DNA from: an uncultured Candidatus Rokubacteria bacterium | Lineage (GTDB): Bacteria > Methylomirabilota > Methylomirabilia > Rokubacteriales > DASRDR01 | Length of the DNA stretch: 64,000 nt | Direction: 5' to 3' | NCBI GenBank assembly: GCA_963805625.1 | Contig: CAWDVE010000016.1 | Span: forward strand, 480,001-544,000 | Shown: positions 9,493-20,190 of the stretch, one piece after another | How the letters are laid out: each line of letters opens with the position of its first letter | Position numbering within the stretch: the first letter of the stretch is position 1 | Notes under the pieces: generated by a model | The model's input: the letters and a program-made list of their open reading frames with translations, nothing else | Told to the model about the DNA's origin: nothing | Databases searched by the model: none | Made by a program: the position numbers and the translations under genes

Positions 9493-10314
9493 ATGAGCAT
9501 CGCCGCGGTCGCCTCAGCTCCGCTCCGCCTCTCGGCCGACGAGCAGGCGGCGTACTCGCGGGACGGGATCGTGATCCCCCAGGCGCGGCTGTCCGCGGTC
9601 ACGGTCGGCCGGCTTCGTAACGCGCTGGACCGGCTGATCGCCGACAACCCCGATCGGCGCCCCGAGCAATTGGTGAACGCCCATCTCCGGGAAGGGCCGG
9701 AGGGTATCCGCGGAAACGATGTCTTCCTGGACATGGCTCGTGACCCGGCGATCGTGGATCTCGTGGCGGGTCTCGTCGGCCCTGACGTGATCCTGTGGGG
9801 TTGCCAGGTGTTCTGCAAGCCGGGCGGCGACGGCATGGAGGTGCCGTGGCACCAGGACGGTCACTACTGGCCCATCCGCCCGCTGGCCACGACAACGGCG
9901 TGGATTGCCATCGACGACTCCACGACCGAGAATGGCTGCATGCGCGTCATCCCCGGCTCGCACGCCCGCGGACTCCTTCCCCACGCCAAGGCCCCGCGGG
10001 ACCGCGTCGTGCTGGACCTGGAGGTGGATGCTGCCGCCTACGACGACGCGACCGCTCGCGACGTTGTCCTGGAGGCCGGCCAGCTCTCGCTCCACGACGT
10101 CCACTTGATTCACGGCTCGCGCCCAAACCGCTCGCCACGGCGCCGGGCCGGGCTGGCCATCCGCTACATGCCGGCCACGTCGCACTTCGACCGCACCATT
10201 GCGCCGATGACCAGCTACGGGACGGCCGTCATCGACTTCTCTCGGCGCCCCCTCTGGCTGGTCCGCGGCACAGACCGCGCCGGAAACGACTTCGCCGTCG
10301 GGCACCCTCGCTAA
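9493..10314 (+). CDS. Phytanoyl-CoA dioxygenase (PhyH) family Fe(II)/2-oxoglutarate enzyme
   Basis: PWHQD (HxD), ENGCMRVIPGSH, HGSRPNRS; AGGAG RBS before ATG 9493. Confidence 0.9.
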   Translation: MSIAAVASAPLRLSADEQAAYSRDGIVIPQARLSAVTVGRLRNALDRLIADNPDRRPEQLVNAHLREGPEGIRGNDVFLDMARDPAIVDLVAGLVGPDVILWGCQVFCKPGGDGMEVPWHQDGHYWPIRPLATTTAWIAIDDSTTENGCMRVIPGSHARGLLPHAKAPRDRVVLDLEVDAAAYDDATARDVVLEAGQLSLHDVHLIHGSRPNRSPRRRAGLAIRYMPATSHFDRTIAPMTSYGTAVIDFSRRPLWLVRGTDRAGNDFAVGHPR

Positions 10315-10505
10315 CGATTCCGCCCGCAGGTGGCGGGAGGTATGCGAGGCACGCGCCCGGTCAGCACGCAGGTCGCGGACCGTCCATTCCCCGGCCTGGC
10401 GCCGCCGGCCCCTGTCCGACGCTCGGCTGGGCGTGGTAGTCTTGGGCACCCTGCATCGACGTCTCGTCGCCCCCGCGGGGACTCACTGCACCAGGGAGGT
10501 CGCAA

Positions 10506-11831
10506 ATGGCGAAAGGCGCCCGGCTTGTCCTCATGCTCGTCCTGGCCGCCGCCGTCGGGCTCGGCTTCGCGTCGGCCCGAACCGCGGACGCACAAGGGCA
10601 GACGATTAAGATCGGTCTCCTCTACGACCACACCGGGCCGTTCTCGGCCGCCGGCTCGCTCAACGGCTGGCGGGGCACCAAGATGATGATCGACCTGATC
10701 AACGAGAAGGGCGGCGTGCTCGGGAAGTACAAGATCGTCCAGGTCGACGGCGACAGCCAGTCGAAGACCGAGGCGGCGATCAACGAGGCGGAGCGGCTGC
10801 TGAACGTCGAGAAGGTGGACATCCTGGCTGGCATCTACTCGAGCGCGCATGCCGTCCCGCTCGCCGAGAAGGTTGACAAGCAGAAGAAGTTCCTGTGGAT
10901 CACCATTGCGATCTCCGACGCAGTGGTCAAGGACCGCAACCTCGAGTACACGTTCCGTCCGCAGACAAACAGCGGGCTCTTCGGGGTCGCCTCGGTCCAG
11001 TACATCGCCGCCCACGCCCCGGAGAAGTTCAAGAAGGCGGCCAAGGACCTCAGGATCGCCATCATCTACGAGGACGGGCCATACGGTGTCGGGGTGTCCA
11101 GCGCCAACGAGGCCGAGGCCAAGCGCCAAGGGATGCAGATCGTCCTGAAGGAGGGCTACTCGGCCAGCGCGCCGGACCTTTCCTCGCTGGTGACGAAGCT
11201 GCGGGCTGCGCGGCCGGACGTATTGTTCCACACCGGCTACAACCCCGACATCAATTTGTTCCTTCGGCAGAGCAAGGAGCAGGGGCTGCGCGTGCGCGCC
11301 TACATCGGTCACGGCGCCGGCCACAGTCAGCTCGACAAGCTGAAGGAAGCGCTTGGCAATGAGGTCGAGGGCTTCCACACGGTCGATCCGCCGGCCTCCC
11401 AGCTGATCGACCCGAAGCAGCTCAAGGCCGGCGTCGGCGAGCTGACCCAGGAGATGGTGAAGCGGTACAAGGCATACGAGCCGAACATCCCGGTCGGCGC
11501 CATCGCACCGCACGTCTCCATGGGTTTCAACAACATGTGGATCCTGCTGAACGACGTAGTCCCCCGCGCCATCCAGAAGCACGGAGGCTTCACGCCCGAC
11601 GCTCTCGCCAAGGCGGCCCGAGAGACGGACATCCCAGAGGGCGGTACCATGCAGGGCTACGGCGTGAAGTTCTACGGCGAGGGGAACCCGATGCGGGGCC
11701 AGAATGAGCGGGCCATCGCAGCCGTGTACCAGATCGTCGAGGGACGCTTCCAGCACGTCTGGCCCAAGGTCATCGCGATGAACAACCCGCCGGTGCTCCT
11801 GCCGGCGTCCTCTCCGTTTGCCGCACGCTGA
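10506..11831 (+). CDS. Branched-chain amino acid-type ABC substrate-binding protein
   Basis: Signal peptide, IKIGLLYDHTG, INEKGGVLG, YSSAHA; heads a complete liv-type operon. Confidence 0.92.
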   Translation: MAKGARLVLMLVLAAAVGLGFASARTADAQGQTIKIGLLYDHTGPFSAAGSLNGWRGTKMMIDLINEKGGVLGKYKIVQVDGDSQSKTEAAINEAERLLNVEKVDILAGIYSSAHAVPLAEKVDKQKKFLWITIAISDAVVKDRNLEYTFRPQTNSGLFGVASVQYIAAHAPEKFKKAAKDLRIAIIYEDGPYGVGVSSANEAEAKRQGMQIVLKEGYSASAPDLSSLVTKLRAARPDVLFHTGYNPDINLFLRQSKEQGLRVRAYIGHGAGHSQLDKLKEALGNEVEGFHTVDPPASQLIDPKQLKAGVGELTQEMVKRYKAYEPNIPVGAIAPHVSMGFNNMWILLNDVVPRAIQKHGGFTPDALAKAARETDIPEGGTMQGYGVKFYGEGNPMRGQNERAIAAVYQIVEGRFQHVWPKVIAMNNPPVLLPASSPFAAR

Positions 11832-11927
11832 CCGTAGCGGCGGGGGTCCCGGCGTCCCCGCCGGCCGCTCTACCCCGGGCCGAGGGCGGGACTCGCGCGT
11901 CCTCGGCCCGGCCGATCCCGCCCGGCG

Positions 11928-12671
11928 ATGACGCCCTTGCTCGCGGTGGCCGGCCTCGTCAAGAATTTCGGCGGGTTCACCGCGCTCGCCCGCGTCTCCT
12001 TCGAGGTCGCCGAGGGGGAGATCCTCGGGCTGATCGGCCCGAACGGCTCCGGCAAGACGACGATGTTCAACTGCATCTCCGGGGCTCTCGAGCCCACCTC
12101 GGGGTCCATCCGCTTCCGTGACCAGGAGATTGCCGGGCTCACGCCGGACGCGATCTGTCACCGGGGCGTGGCGCGCACGTTTCAGATCCCGCGTCCGTTC
12201 CGGAAGCTCTCGATCCTGGAGAACGTGGCGGTCGCCGCCCACTTCGGCGCCCAGCGGCGCACGACGGAGGCCGAGGCCCGGGCGCGGGCCCGCGAGGTTC
12301 TCGGACTCGTCGGCCTGCCCGCCGCCGATGAGGACGCGTCCACGGCGCTCCTCGGAGCGGGCGGACTCAAGAAGCTCGAGCTCGCGCGGGCGCTCGCGAC
12401 CGGGCCGAAGCTCCTGCTCGCCGACGAGAGCCTCGGCGGGCTCGACCCCTCCGAGATGGCGAGCGCGGCGGAGATGCTCAAGCGGGTCCGCGGTGAGCTC
12501 GGCGTGACCATCGTGTGGGTCGAGCACATCATGGCCACGCTGATGCGCGTGGTCGACCGCGTCGTCATGCTCGATCACGGCGAGAAGATCGCGGAAGGGC
12601 GTCCGCTCGAGGTGGCCGAGGATCCCCGTGTCATCGAAGCGTACCTCGGCGAAAAGCTGGTAGTGAGCTAA
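11928..12671 (+). CDS. Liv-type ABC ATP-binding protein (LivG-like)
   Basis: GPNGSGKTT Walker A, ARTFQIPRPF, LLLADE. Confidence 0.92.
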   Translation: MTPLLAVAGLVKNFGGFTALARVSFEVAEGEILGLIGPNGSGKTTMFNCISGALEPTSGSIRFRDQEIAGLTPDAICHRGVARTFQIPRPFRKLSILENVAVAAHFGAQRRTTEAEARARAREVLGLVGLPAADEDASTALLGAGGLKKLELARALATGPKLLLADESLGGLDPSEMASAAEMLKRVRGELGVTIVWVEHIMATLMRVVDRVVMLDHGEKIAEGRPLEVAEDPRVIEAYLGEKLVVS

Positions 12672-12781
12672 CGCATGTTCGCGGCACGACCGGCCGCGGG
12701 TGACGCGGGCGGCGCCCTCCCACCCGACGGCGGGAGGGCAAGCCGGCGGCAGGACCCGCGGCTGGTCGAGGGCGCCTGACG

Positions 12782-13482
<701 letters not shown>

Positions 13483-13486
<4 letters not shown>

Positions 13487-14349
13487 TCGACCCGATCTTC
13501 CTCGCGGAAGCCGCCATCAACGGCATCCTGCTGGGCGGGATCCTCGCCCTCCTGGCGCTCGGTCTCAACCTCATTTTCGGCGTCATCGAGGTCGTCTGGA
13601 TCGTCTACGTCGATCTGGTCATGCTGTGCATGTACGCGATGTACTTCCTCTACCAGGTTCAGGGCTGGCCCTTCTGGGCGGCAGCGGTCGTGTCGCTCGG
13701 CCTCGGCGCGCTCCTCGGCATGGCCGTCCACCTCCTCGTGATCTCGCCGATCCTGGCGAGCCCGCCGATCAACCAGCTGCTCGCCACTGGCGGCCTCCTC
13801 TTCTTCGTCCAGTCATTCGCGACATTTCTGTGGACCACCGATCACCGGAGCCTGCGCTTCTCTCTTCCGAGCTACGAGGTCGGCGGGATCTTCCTGCCGG
13901 CCACGCGGCTCATCCCGTTTGGGATCTCCATCCTGGCGATGCTGGCCCTCTACTTGTTCTTGACCCGCACCTACATGGGGACCGCGATCCGCGCCGTCGC
14001 CCAGGACCGGGACGCGATGTCGCTCATGGGCGCGAGCCCCCAGCGCGTCTACGTGGTGACCTCCGCCGTGGGCGGCATGATGGCGGGTCTTGCGGGGGCG
14101 CTCCTCGTGTTCCAGTACTCCGTCCATCCGTTCTTCGGCGGGCAGTTCGGGCCGCTCACCTTCATGATCTGCGTGCTGGGCGGGCTGGGGAACATGGTCG
14201 GGGCGTTCGTGGCCTCGTTTGTCATGAGCGAGATCATCTCGATCGCCGGGGTCATCTGGTCCACGGAGATGGGCTACGTCATCGCCTTCCTGGTCTTCAT
14301 CGTCATGATGTTCCTCCGGCCCAGCGGCCTCCTGGCGAGGCGGGAATGA
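13483..14349 (+). CDS. Liv-type ABC permease (LivH-like)
   Basis: LGLNLIFGV, GTAIRAVAQD, VLGGLG; hydrophobic; overlaps the upstream stop. Confidence 0.92.
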
Positions 14350-15344
14350 GGGCGGCGCGCTCCCTCGCCGGCCGCGGGGCCGCGGTCGGCGTCGGCGTCT
14401 TGCTGCTGGCGGTCCCGCTCTTCCTGACGGGCGGGTGGGGGCAGTACGGGCTCCACGTCCTGATTCAGATCTTCATCTGGTCCTTCATCGGCCAGGCGTG
14501 GTCCCTGATGGGCCGATTCGGGCTGGTGTCGCTCGGGCACGGGGCCTTTCTCGGGCTCGGCGCCTATACGGTCGCGCTCCTCTGGAACTTCTTCGGGCTG
14601 ACGCCGTGGATCGGCGCCGTGGTCGCGGTGGTGGGCACCGGGCTCTTCGCCGCCGTGATCGCGTACCCCTGCTCTCGCTTCCGGGTGGTGGGCCACTACT
14701 TCACGCTCATGACGCTGGCGGTCGGCGAGGTGATCCGCCTGCTCATCATCGCCGAGCGCGACTGGACCGGCGGCTCGCTCGGGCTCACGCTCAAGACCGC
14801 CGGCTCGCACGGCCTGCTGGCGATCCAGTTCGCCGACCGGCGAGTCTTCTACTACGGCGCGCTGGTCCTGTGGGCGGCAGGGCTCTGGGTGTGGTGGCGA
14901 CTCGATCGCTCGATGGCTCGGTCGGCGATGGAGGCGATCGGGGAGGACGAGACGGCGGCGGCCTCCGTCGGCATCCACGTGACGCGGTTCAAGATCGGGA
15001 TCACGGTGCTCTCCGCCGCGCTGACCGCCGTCGGCGGTGTCGCCTACGCGCAGTACATCACGTACGTGAACCCGGAGACCCTGTCGGGGATCGGCGTGTC
15101 GCTCAGGATCGTCTTTGCCGTCGTGCTGGGCGGGATGTACGTGCTCCTCGGGCCGACCGTCGGCACCGCGTTGACGATCGCCCTGAGCGAGTCGCTCCGC
15201 ATCGTCTTCGGACTCAAGTTCATCGGCATGGCCGAGACGATCTACGGCCTCCTGCTCGTGCTCTTCATCATCTTCCTGCCGGCTGGGATCTACGGGTCGC
15301 TCGCGCGGCTCGTCGCGCGCCGTCCCGCCGGGGCGGAGACGTGA
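14346..15344 (+). CDS. Liv-type ABC permease (LivM-like)
   Basis: VSLGHGAFLGLGAY, AIGEDETAAASVGI, VLGG; ATG at 14346 overlaps the LivH stop. Confidence 0.9.
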   Translation: MRAARSLAGRGAAVGVGVLLLAVPLFLTGGWGQYGLHVLIQIFIWSFIGQAWSLMGRFGLVSLGHGAFLGLGAYTVALLWNFFGLTPWIGAVVAVVGTGLFAAVIAYPCSRFRVVGHYFTLMTLAVGEVIRLLIIAERDWTGGSLGLTLKTAGSHGLLAIQFADRRVFYYGALVLWAAGLWVWWRLDRSMARSAMEAIGEDETAAASVGIHVTRFKIGITVLSAALTAVGGVAYAQYITYVNPETLSGIGVSLRIVFAVVLGGMYVLLGPTVGTALTIALSESLRIVFGLKFIGMAETIYGLLLVLFIIFLPAGIYGSLARLVARRPAGAET

Positions 15345-15369
15345 GCTCCGCGCGGGAGGGACGGCGACC

Positions 15370-16227
15370 GTGACCCGGCGGCAGCAGCTCCGCGCGCTGG
15401 TGGCCGAGCGGCGGGGGCTCGTCGTCCCGGGCGTCTACGACGCCGTGTCGGCCCGGCTCGTCGAGCAGGCGGGGTTTCCCGCGGTGTACATGACCGGTTT
15501 CGGCGTCTCGGCGGCGCGGCTCGGGCTGCCCGACCTCGGGTTCGCGGGACTCGCCGAGATGGTGGACCAGGCGCGGAACCTGGCGAGCGCGGTGTCCATC
15601 CCGCTCATCGCGGACGCGGACACCGGCTACGGCAACGCGCTGCAGGTTCGCCGCACGGTCCAGCAGTACGAGCTGGCAGGCGTCGCCGCCCTCCATCTCG
15701 AGGATCAGGCCGCGCCCAAGCGCTGCGGTCATCTGGCGGGCAAGCAGGTGGTGCCGGTGGAGGAGTTCGCCGGGCGCATCCGGGCGGCGGTCGAGGCGCG
15801 GACCGATCCGGATCTTCTGATCATCGCGCGCACGGACGCGATCGCGGTCACCGGCTTCGAGGACGCGGTCGACCGGGCGGCGGCGGCGGCCCGCGCGGGC
15901 GCGGACGTCCTCTTCGTCGAGGCACCCACGTCCGAGGCCGAGATCGCGGCCCTGCCGCGCCGGCTCGATCGGCCCCTCCTGTTCAACTACGCGCCGAGCG
16001 GCCGGTCGCCGCTTCTCCCGTTCGCTCGCCTGCGCGCCCTCGGCTACGCGATCGTCATCGTGCCGGTCGATCTCCTGTTCGTCGCGACTCGCGCGATGCA
16101 GCGGGCTCTCGCCGAGCTCCGTGACCGGGACGCGACGCTGCAGGATCCCGAGCGCCTCACGTCGTTTCAGGAGTTCTGCGACCTGATCGGCCTCCCGGAA
16201 CAGCTCGGGCTCGGGCAGCGGTACTGA
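15370..16227 (+). CDS. Isocitrate lyase/PEP mutase family enzyme (methylisocitrate lyase/oxaloacetate decarboxylase-like)
   Basis: YDAVSA, DADTGYG, HLEDQ..PKRCGH, IIARTDA motifs. Confidence 0.92.
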   Translation: MTRRQQLRALVAERRGLVVPGVYDAVSARLVEQAGFPAVYMTGFGVSAARLGLPDLGFAGLAEMVDQARNLASAVSIPLIADADTGYGNALQVRRTVQQYELAGVAALHLEDQAAPKRCGHLAGKQVVPVEEFAGRIRAAVEARTDPDLLIIARTDAIAVTGFEDAVDRAAAAARAGADVLFVEAPTSEAEIAALPRRLDRPLLFNYAPSGRSPLLPFARLRALGYAIVIVPVDLLFVATRAMQRALAELRDRDATLQDPERLTSFQEFCDLIGLPEQLGLGQRY

Positions 16228-16263
16228 CGGGCCGGAGCCGGGCGGCAGGGCCGAGGTCATGAG

Positions 16264-16728
16264 ATGACGTGCTATCTCGTCCGTCACGGGACGGCGGCGA
16301 CCGGATCCGACGACCGGACGCGTCCGCTCACGCCGGAGGGACGAGCCGAGGTCGAGGCGACGGCGCGGGCCCTCGTGGCCCGCGGGGCGGAGGTGGCCGA
16401 GATTCGCCACTCGGGGCTGGTCCGCGCACGCGAGACCGCCGAGATCCTGGGCCGCGTCCTGATGCCCGCGCGCGGCATCCGGGCGACGACCGGCCTCGCG
16501 CCCGAGGACGACCCCGATGTTGCGGCGGCGGAGCTCGGGCTGGTCGCGGCGCCCCTCATGCTGGTGGGCCACTTGCCGCACCTGGCGCGTCTGATGGCCG
16601 CGCTCGTCGGAGGTGCGAAGCTCGTGGGGATCCACTTCGCCCCGGGGACGGCCGTGGGGCTCAGGCGCGGCCCGGGCAGCTGGGAGCTGGAGCTGGTCGT
16701 CCCGCCGCGCGTCGGAGCGGCGCCCTGA
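16264..16728 (+). CDS. sixA: Phosphohistidine phosphatase SixA
   Basis: YLVRHG, RPLT..G, HSGLVRARETA, LVGHLP; 154 aa. Confidence 0.82.
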   Translation: MTCYLVRHGTAATGSDDRTRPLTPEGRAEVEATARALVARGAEVAEIRHSGLVRARETAEILGRVLMPARGIRATTGLAPEDDPDVAAAELGLVAAPLMLVGHLPHLARLMAALVGGAKLVGIHFAPGTAVGLRRGPGSWELELVVPPRVGAAP

Positions 16729-17981
16729 TGCCGCACCTCGTCTGTGTCCGGTGTGGTGCCGCGGCGCCGCTTGGCCCTGCCTTCGAGGGTTGCGTGGCAT
16801 GCGCCGGCGAGCCGCGGGCAGCGCTCGAGGTGGTGTATGACTACGCGGCACTCGCGGCGGGCGGGACCCTCAAGGCATGGGCGTCGCGTGCCGGCGGGCT
16901 CTGGCGGTTCCGTGAGCTCTTGCCGCCGCCGCCGGACGTGTCGATCCTGAGCCTGGCGGAGGGCGCGACGCCCCTGATCCGGCTGCAGGGGGCCGGTGCC
17001 CATCGCATCTGGCTCAAGGACGAGACGCGGAATCCCACGGGGTCCTTCAAGGATCGCCTCCATGCCGTGTCCCTGACGATGGCGCGCGCGCTCGGCTTTC
17101 GGAAGGCCGTCGCCTCGACGACGGGGAATCACGGCACGGCGCTCGCGGCCTATGCCGCGCGGGCGGGGATGACCGCGCTCGTGTTCTGCGATCCCCGGAC
17201 GCCGCTGGTCCAGCGGCGATTGATGCAGCTGTTCGGCGCGCGGGTGGTGGTCCTCGCCGAGCGTGCGGCGCATATCGGCTGGCTGGTCCGGGATCGCGGC
17301 TGGTATCCGTCGTCAGGGATGACGCCCGAGCCGGTCGGCACGCCGTACGGGGTGGAGGGGTACAAGACCATCGCCTACGAGATCTTCTTCCAGCTCGGTG
17401 GCCGCTTTCCCGGCCGGATGCTGGTGCCGACATCCGGTGGCGACGCCGTGTACGGTCCCTGGAAGGGCTTCCGCGAGCTGCGCGCGCTCGGTGCGGCTGG
17501 CGCGCTGCCGCGAATGGTGGCGGTCCAGGCGGCCGGCTGCGACCCGATCGTTCGGGGCTGGCGGGCGGGTGCCGCGACCGTTCCGGTGCATCCCGATCCG
17601 CGAACGATCGCGGTGTCGATCGCGGACGAGACCGGCGGGCCGGCGTCGCTCCGGGCGGTCGCCGAGTCCGGAGGCTCCGCGGAGGCGGTGTCGGATGCGG
17701 CGATCCTGGACGCCATGCGGCGGCTCGCGGGGCAGGGGATCGCGGTCGAGCCGTCCTCGGCGGCGCCCGTCGCGGCCGCGCTGGCGCTGGCGGCCCGGGG
17801 CGCGCTCGAGGCCGACGAGGACGTCGTCTGTGTCCTGACCGGTGCGGGGGCCAAGTGGCCCGACGCCCTCGTCGACGCACTCACGCCACGGGAGCTTCAG
17901 GATGCGAACCCGGCGGCCGTGCGCGCGTGGATCGACGCGATCGACGCGGAGCCGACGCCCGCTACTTCTGGGGTCCGCTGA
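16728..17981 (+). CDS. Threonine synthase-like PLP-dependent enzyme (fold type II) with N-terminal Zn ribbon
   Basis: CVRC..CVAC, LAEGATPL, NPTGSFKDR (PLP lysine), STTGNHG, EPSSAA; ATG overlaps the sixA stop. Confidence 0.88.
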   Translation: MPHLVCVRCGAAAPLGPAFEGCVACAGEPRAALEVVYDYAALAAGGTLKAWASRAGGLWRFRELLPPPPDVSILSLAEGATPLIRLQGAGAHRIWLKDETRNPTGSFKDRLHAVSLTMARALGFRKAVASTTGNHGTALAAYAARAGMTALVFCDPRTPLVQRRLMQLFGARVVVLAERAAHIGWLVRDRGWYPSSGMTPEPVGTPYGVEGYKTIAYEIFFQLGGRFPGRMLVPTSGGDAVYGPWKGFRELRALGAAGALPRMVAVQAAGCDPIVRGWRAGAATVPVHPDPRTIAVSIADETGGPASLRAVAESGGSAEAVSDAAILDAMRRLAGQGIAVEPSSAAPVAAALALAARGALEADEDVVCVLTGAGAKWPDALVDALTPRELQDANPAAVRAWIDAIDAEPTPATSGVR

Positions 17982-18082
17982 TGGCGGGGGCCCTGGCCGG
18001 CTCGATCCCGGTGGCGCTGGTCTACTCGTTCTTCGTGGACCAGTACGCGGCCGGGCTCACCGCCGGGGCCGTGAAGGGCTGA
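17963..18082 (+). pseudogene. C-terminal remnant of a carbohydrate ABC permease
   Basis: YFWGPLMAGALAGSIPVALVYSFFVDQYAAGLTAGAVKG is closely similar to the C-terminus of the 32680-33558 permease. Confidence 0.8.
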
Positions 18083-18312
18083 GGCGCCCCGCCCCCCGGC
18101 GCCTTCTTCTCGGGAGCGGGGCATGACGATCTCGTGGGGCATCTCGGCGCTGGATGATACCACGCGGCTCTGGACCATCGCGTCTCGCGGGCCCGCTTGC
18201 GGCGGCGGGCCGCCGGCGGGATGATAGGAGCATTCGAGACGGTCGCGCGACCCACCGCCAGCGCGGGCAGAGCCGTTCGCGGACCAGGCCTGCCGAGGCC
18301 CAGGAGCGTCGC

Positions 18313-20169
18313 ATGAAGCCCTTCGTCGTGAATCGCTACGGCCGGATCGTCTTTCCATCCAACTTCTTCCCGGAGCTCGACTTCTCGGTCTTCCAGTCGC
18401 TCGAGCAGTTCGCGGCGGTGATCCGCCGCGACTTCGAGGAGAAGGCGCCCACCGAAACCGACATCGTCGCCCGGGTGGAGGGGCGCGGCTACGCGAGCCG
18501 CTACGAGCTCTTGCGCGACCTGGCCTTGAACCTGTTCTGGGTGAACCGGTATGCGATGACCATGTACCGGAAGCAGCCCACGCGCTGGCGGGACGTGCCG
18601 CGATCCCGGGACGACGTCTTCCTGCCGGTGTTCCGACCCTGGGACGGCGGCGAGCTCGTGAGTGCCATCGAGGCCGGCTACCGCGCACTGCCGCCCACAT
18701 GGGACGAGGGGACGGAGACCAAGGCCTTCACCACCCTGCTCGACATCTTCCGGCACAAGAAGGGTGCCGGCGCCGAGCTGCCCGCGCTGAAGCCGACGGT
18801 GGCCGAGATCCTCGCGAACCCGAAGAACCTGACCTACCATCTTCTCGCGTACAACCCGGACTACCCCCGATATGGTGCCGACGACCTCATCGAGTGCGCC
18901 CATCCAGTTCCGGAGCTGGAGGCGTTGCTCCGGCAGGCCATGGTGCTCCACAACCAGTATCCCTGGGACCGGGCCAAGACCCGTCTGATCGAGGTCGGTC
19001 AGCTCCAGGCGGATGACTTCGTGGTCGTGTTCCAGCCGCGGAGCGACGAGGTCTTGCACTTCATCCGTCGCGCCAAGGGATCCCGGCGCCCGCGGCCGCG
19101 AAAGCCCGCTCCCGCCCGGACCCGACCGCCCGTGACGCCGTTTCCTCCGGTCGACGTCCGGACGCGGTTCCGGGTGATGCCGCGCCTCGAGGCGCTCGCG
19201 GTCTACCGGGGCGAGCGTGCCTGCACGAACGACGACCTGATCCGGAACGCGGCGTGGTGCTGGTCGCCGATGACGGCGGCCGAGATCCGGGAAAAGACCG
19301 GCATCGAGCAGCGCCTGTACTCCGAGCTCGACCTCGACCACATGGCGCTGCTGGCGGCCGAACGGGCCCTCGCGAAGGCCCGGCGGCGCCCTGAGGAGAT
19401 CGGGGCGGTGCTCTTCTGCTCGTGCACGAGCACGAAGATGATGCCGTCGCTCGCGACCTGGCTGTCGGGGCAGCTCGGCATGCTCCAGACCCACGCGTCA
19501 CTCGACATGGTGGCCGCCTGCGCGGGGCTTCCCTACGGGCTCGGTGAGGCGATCCGGCTGCTCCAGGAGGTGGAGCGCCCGGTCCTGGTCGTGTGCGGAG
19601 AGAAATTCTCCGACAAGATCGGGACGGTGCGGACGTCGCGGATGATCTTCGGAGACGGGGCGGGGGCCCTGGTCATCGGGCCGGCGCCGGCAGGCGCCCC
19701 GCCTGACATCGAGGTCTTCCAGACGTACGCGAGCGGGCCCATGGCGGAGGTCGACTCGATCATCTGGCCCAACCCCGACTTCGACAACAACATCACCGTC
19801 TTCGGCCCCGAGGTGCGCGCCCTGGTGAAGCGCTACCTGGAGCAGATGATCGCCGAGCTCCGGGCGCTCCCGCACCCCGACGGCCAGCCTGGCTCGCTCC
19901 TCGACGCGATCGACCTCATCGTCCCCCACCAGGCGAACAAGACCATGGTCGTGGCCATCGCGCGGGCGGCGGGGGTGGCCCCGGAACGGCTCTACTTCAA
20001 CATCGAGCGGGTGGGTAACACGTCGTCGGCGAGCATCCCGATCGCGCTCCACGACGCGGTCCGCGAGGGTGTCCTGGATCGCCCGATGCGCGTGTTCGTC
20101 CCGGGCTTCGGGGCGGGCGCCGTAGGCGGCTACGCCGTCCTGCGCGTCGACCCCGCCGTCATCGCCTGA
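18313..20169 (+). CDS. FabH/KAS III-like thiolase-fold enzyme with a ~280-aa uncharacterised N-terminal domain
   Basis: Cys-His-Asn triad (AACAG, PHQAN, GNTSSASIP), FGDGAGA, GFGAG; CAGGAG RBS before ATG 18313. Confidence 0.85.
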   Translation: MKPFVVNRYGRIVFPSNFFPELDFSVFQSLEQFAAVIRRDFEEKAPTETDIVARVEGRGYASRYELLRDLALNLFWVNRYAMTMYRKQPTRWRDVPRSRDDVFLPVFRPWDGGELVSAIEAGYRALPPTWDEGTETKAFTTLLDIFRHKKGAGAELPALKPTVAEILANPKNLTYHLLAYNPDYPRYGADDLIECAHPVPELEALLRQAMVLHNQYPWDRAKTRLIEVGQLQADDFVVVFQPRSDEVLHFIRRAKGSRRPRPRKPAPARTRPPVTPFPPVDVRTRFRVMPRLEALAVYRGERACTNDDLIRNAAWCWSPMTAAEIREKTGIEQRLYSELDLDHMALLAAERALAKARRRPEEIGAVLFCSCTSTKMMPSLATWLSGQLGMLQTHASLDMVAACAGLPYGLGEAIRLLQEVERPVLVVCGEKFSDKIGTVRTSRMIFGDGAGALVIGPAPAGAPPDIEVFQTYASGPMAEVDSIIWPNPDFDNNITVFGPEVRALVKRYLEQMIAELRALPHPDGQPGSLLDAIDLIVPHQANKTMVVAIARAAGVAPERLYFNIERVGNTSSASIPIALHDAVREGVLDRPMRVFVPGFGAGAVGGYAVLRVDPAVIA

Positions 20170-20190
20170 CCCAAGTCAAGGCTTGCGCGT

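Noticed and set aside
11832-11927. Two GC-rich hairpins after the liv SBP gene
   Set aside because: Ordinary intra-operon stem-loops commonly found after SBP genes.
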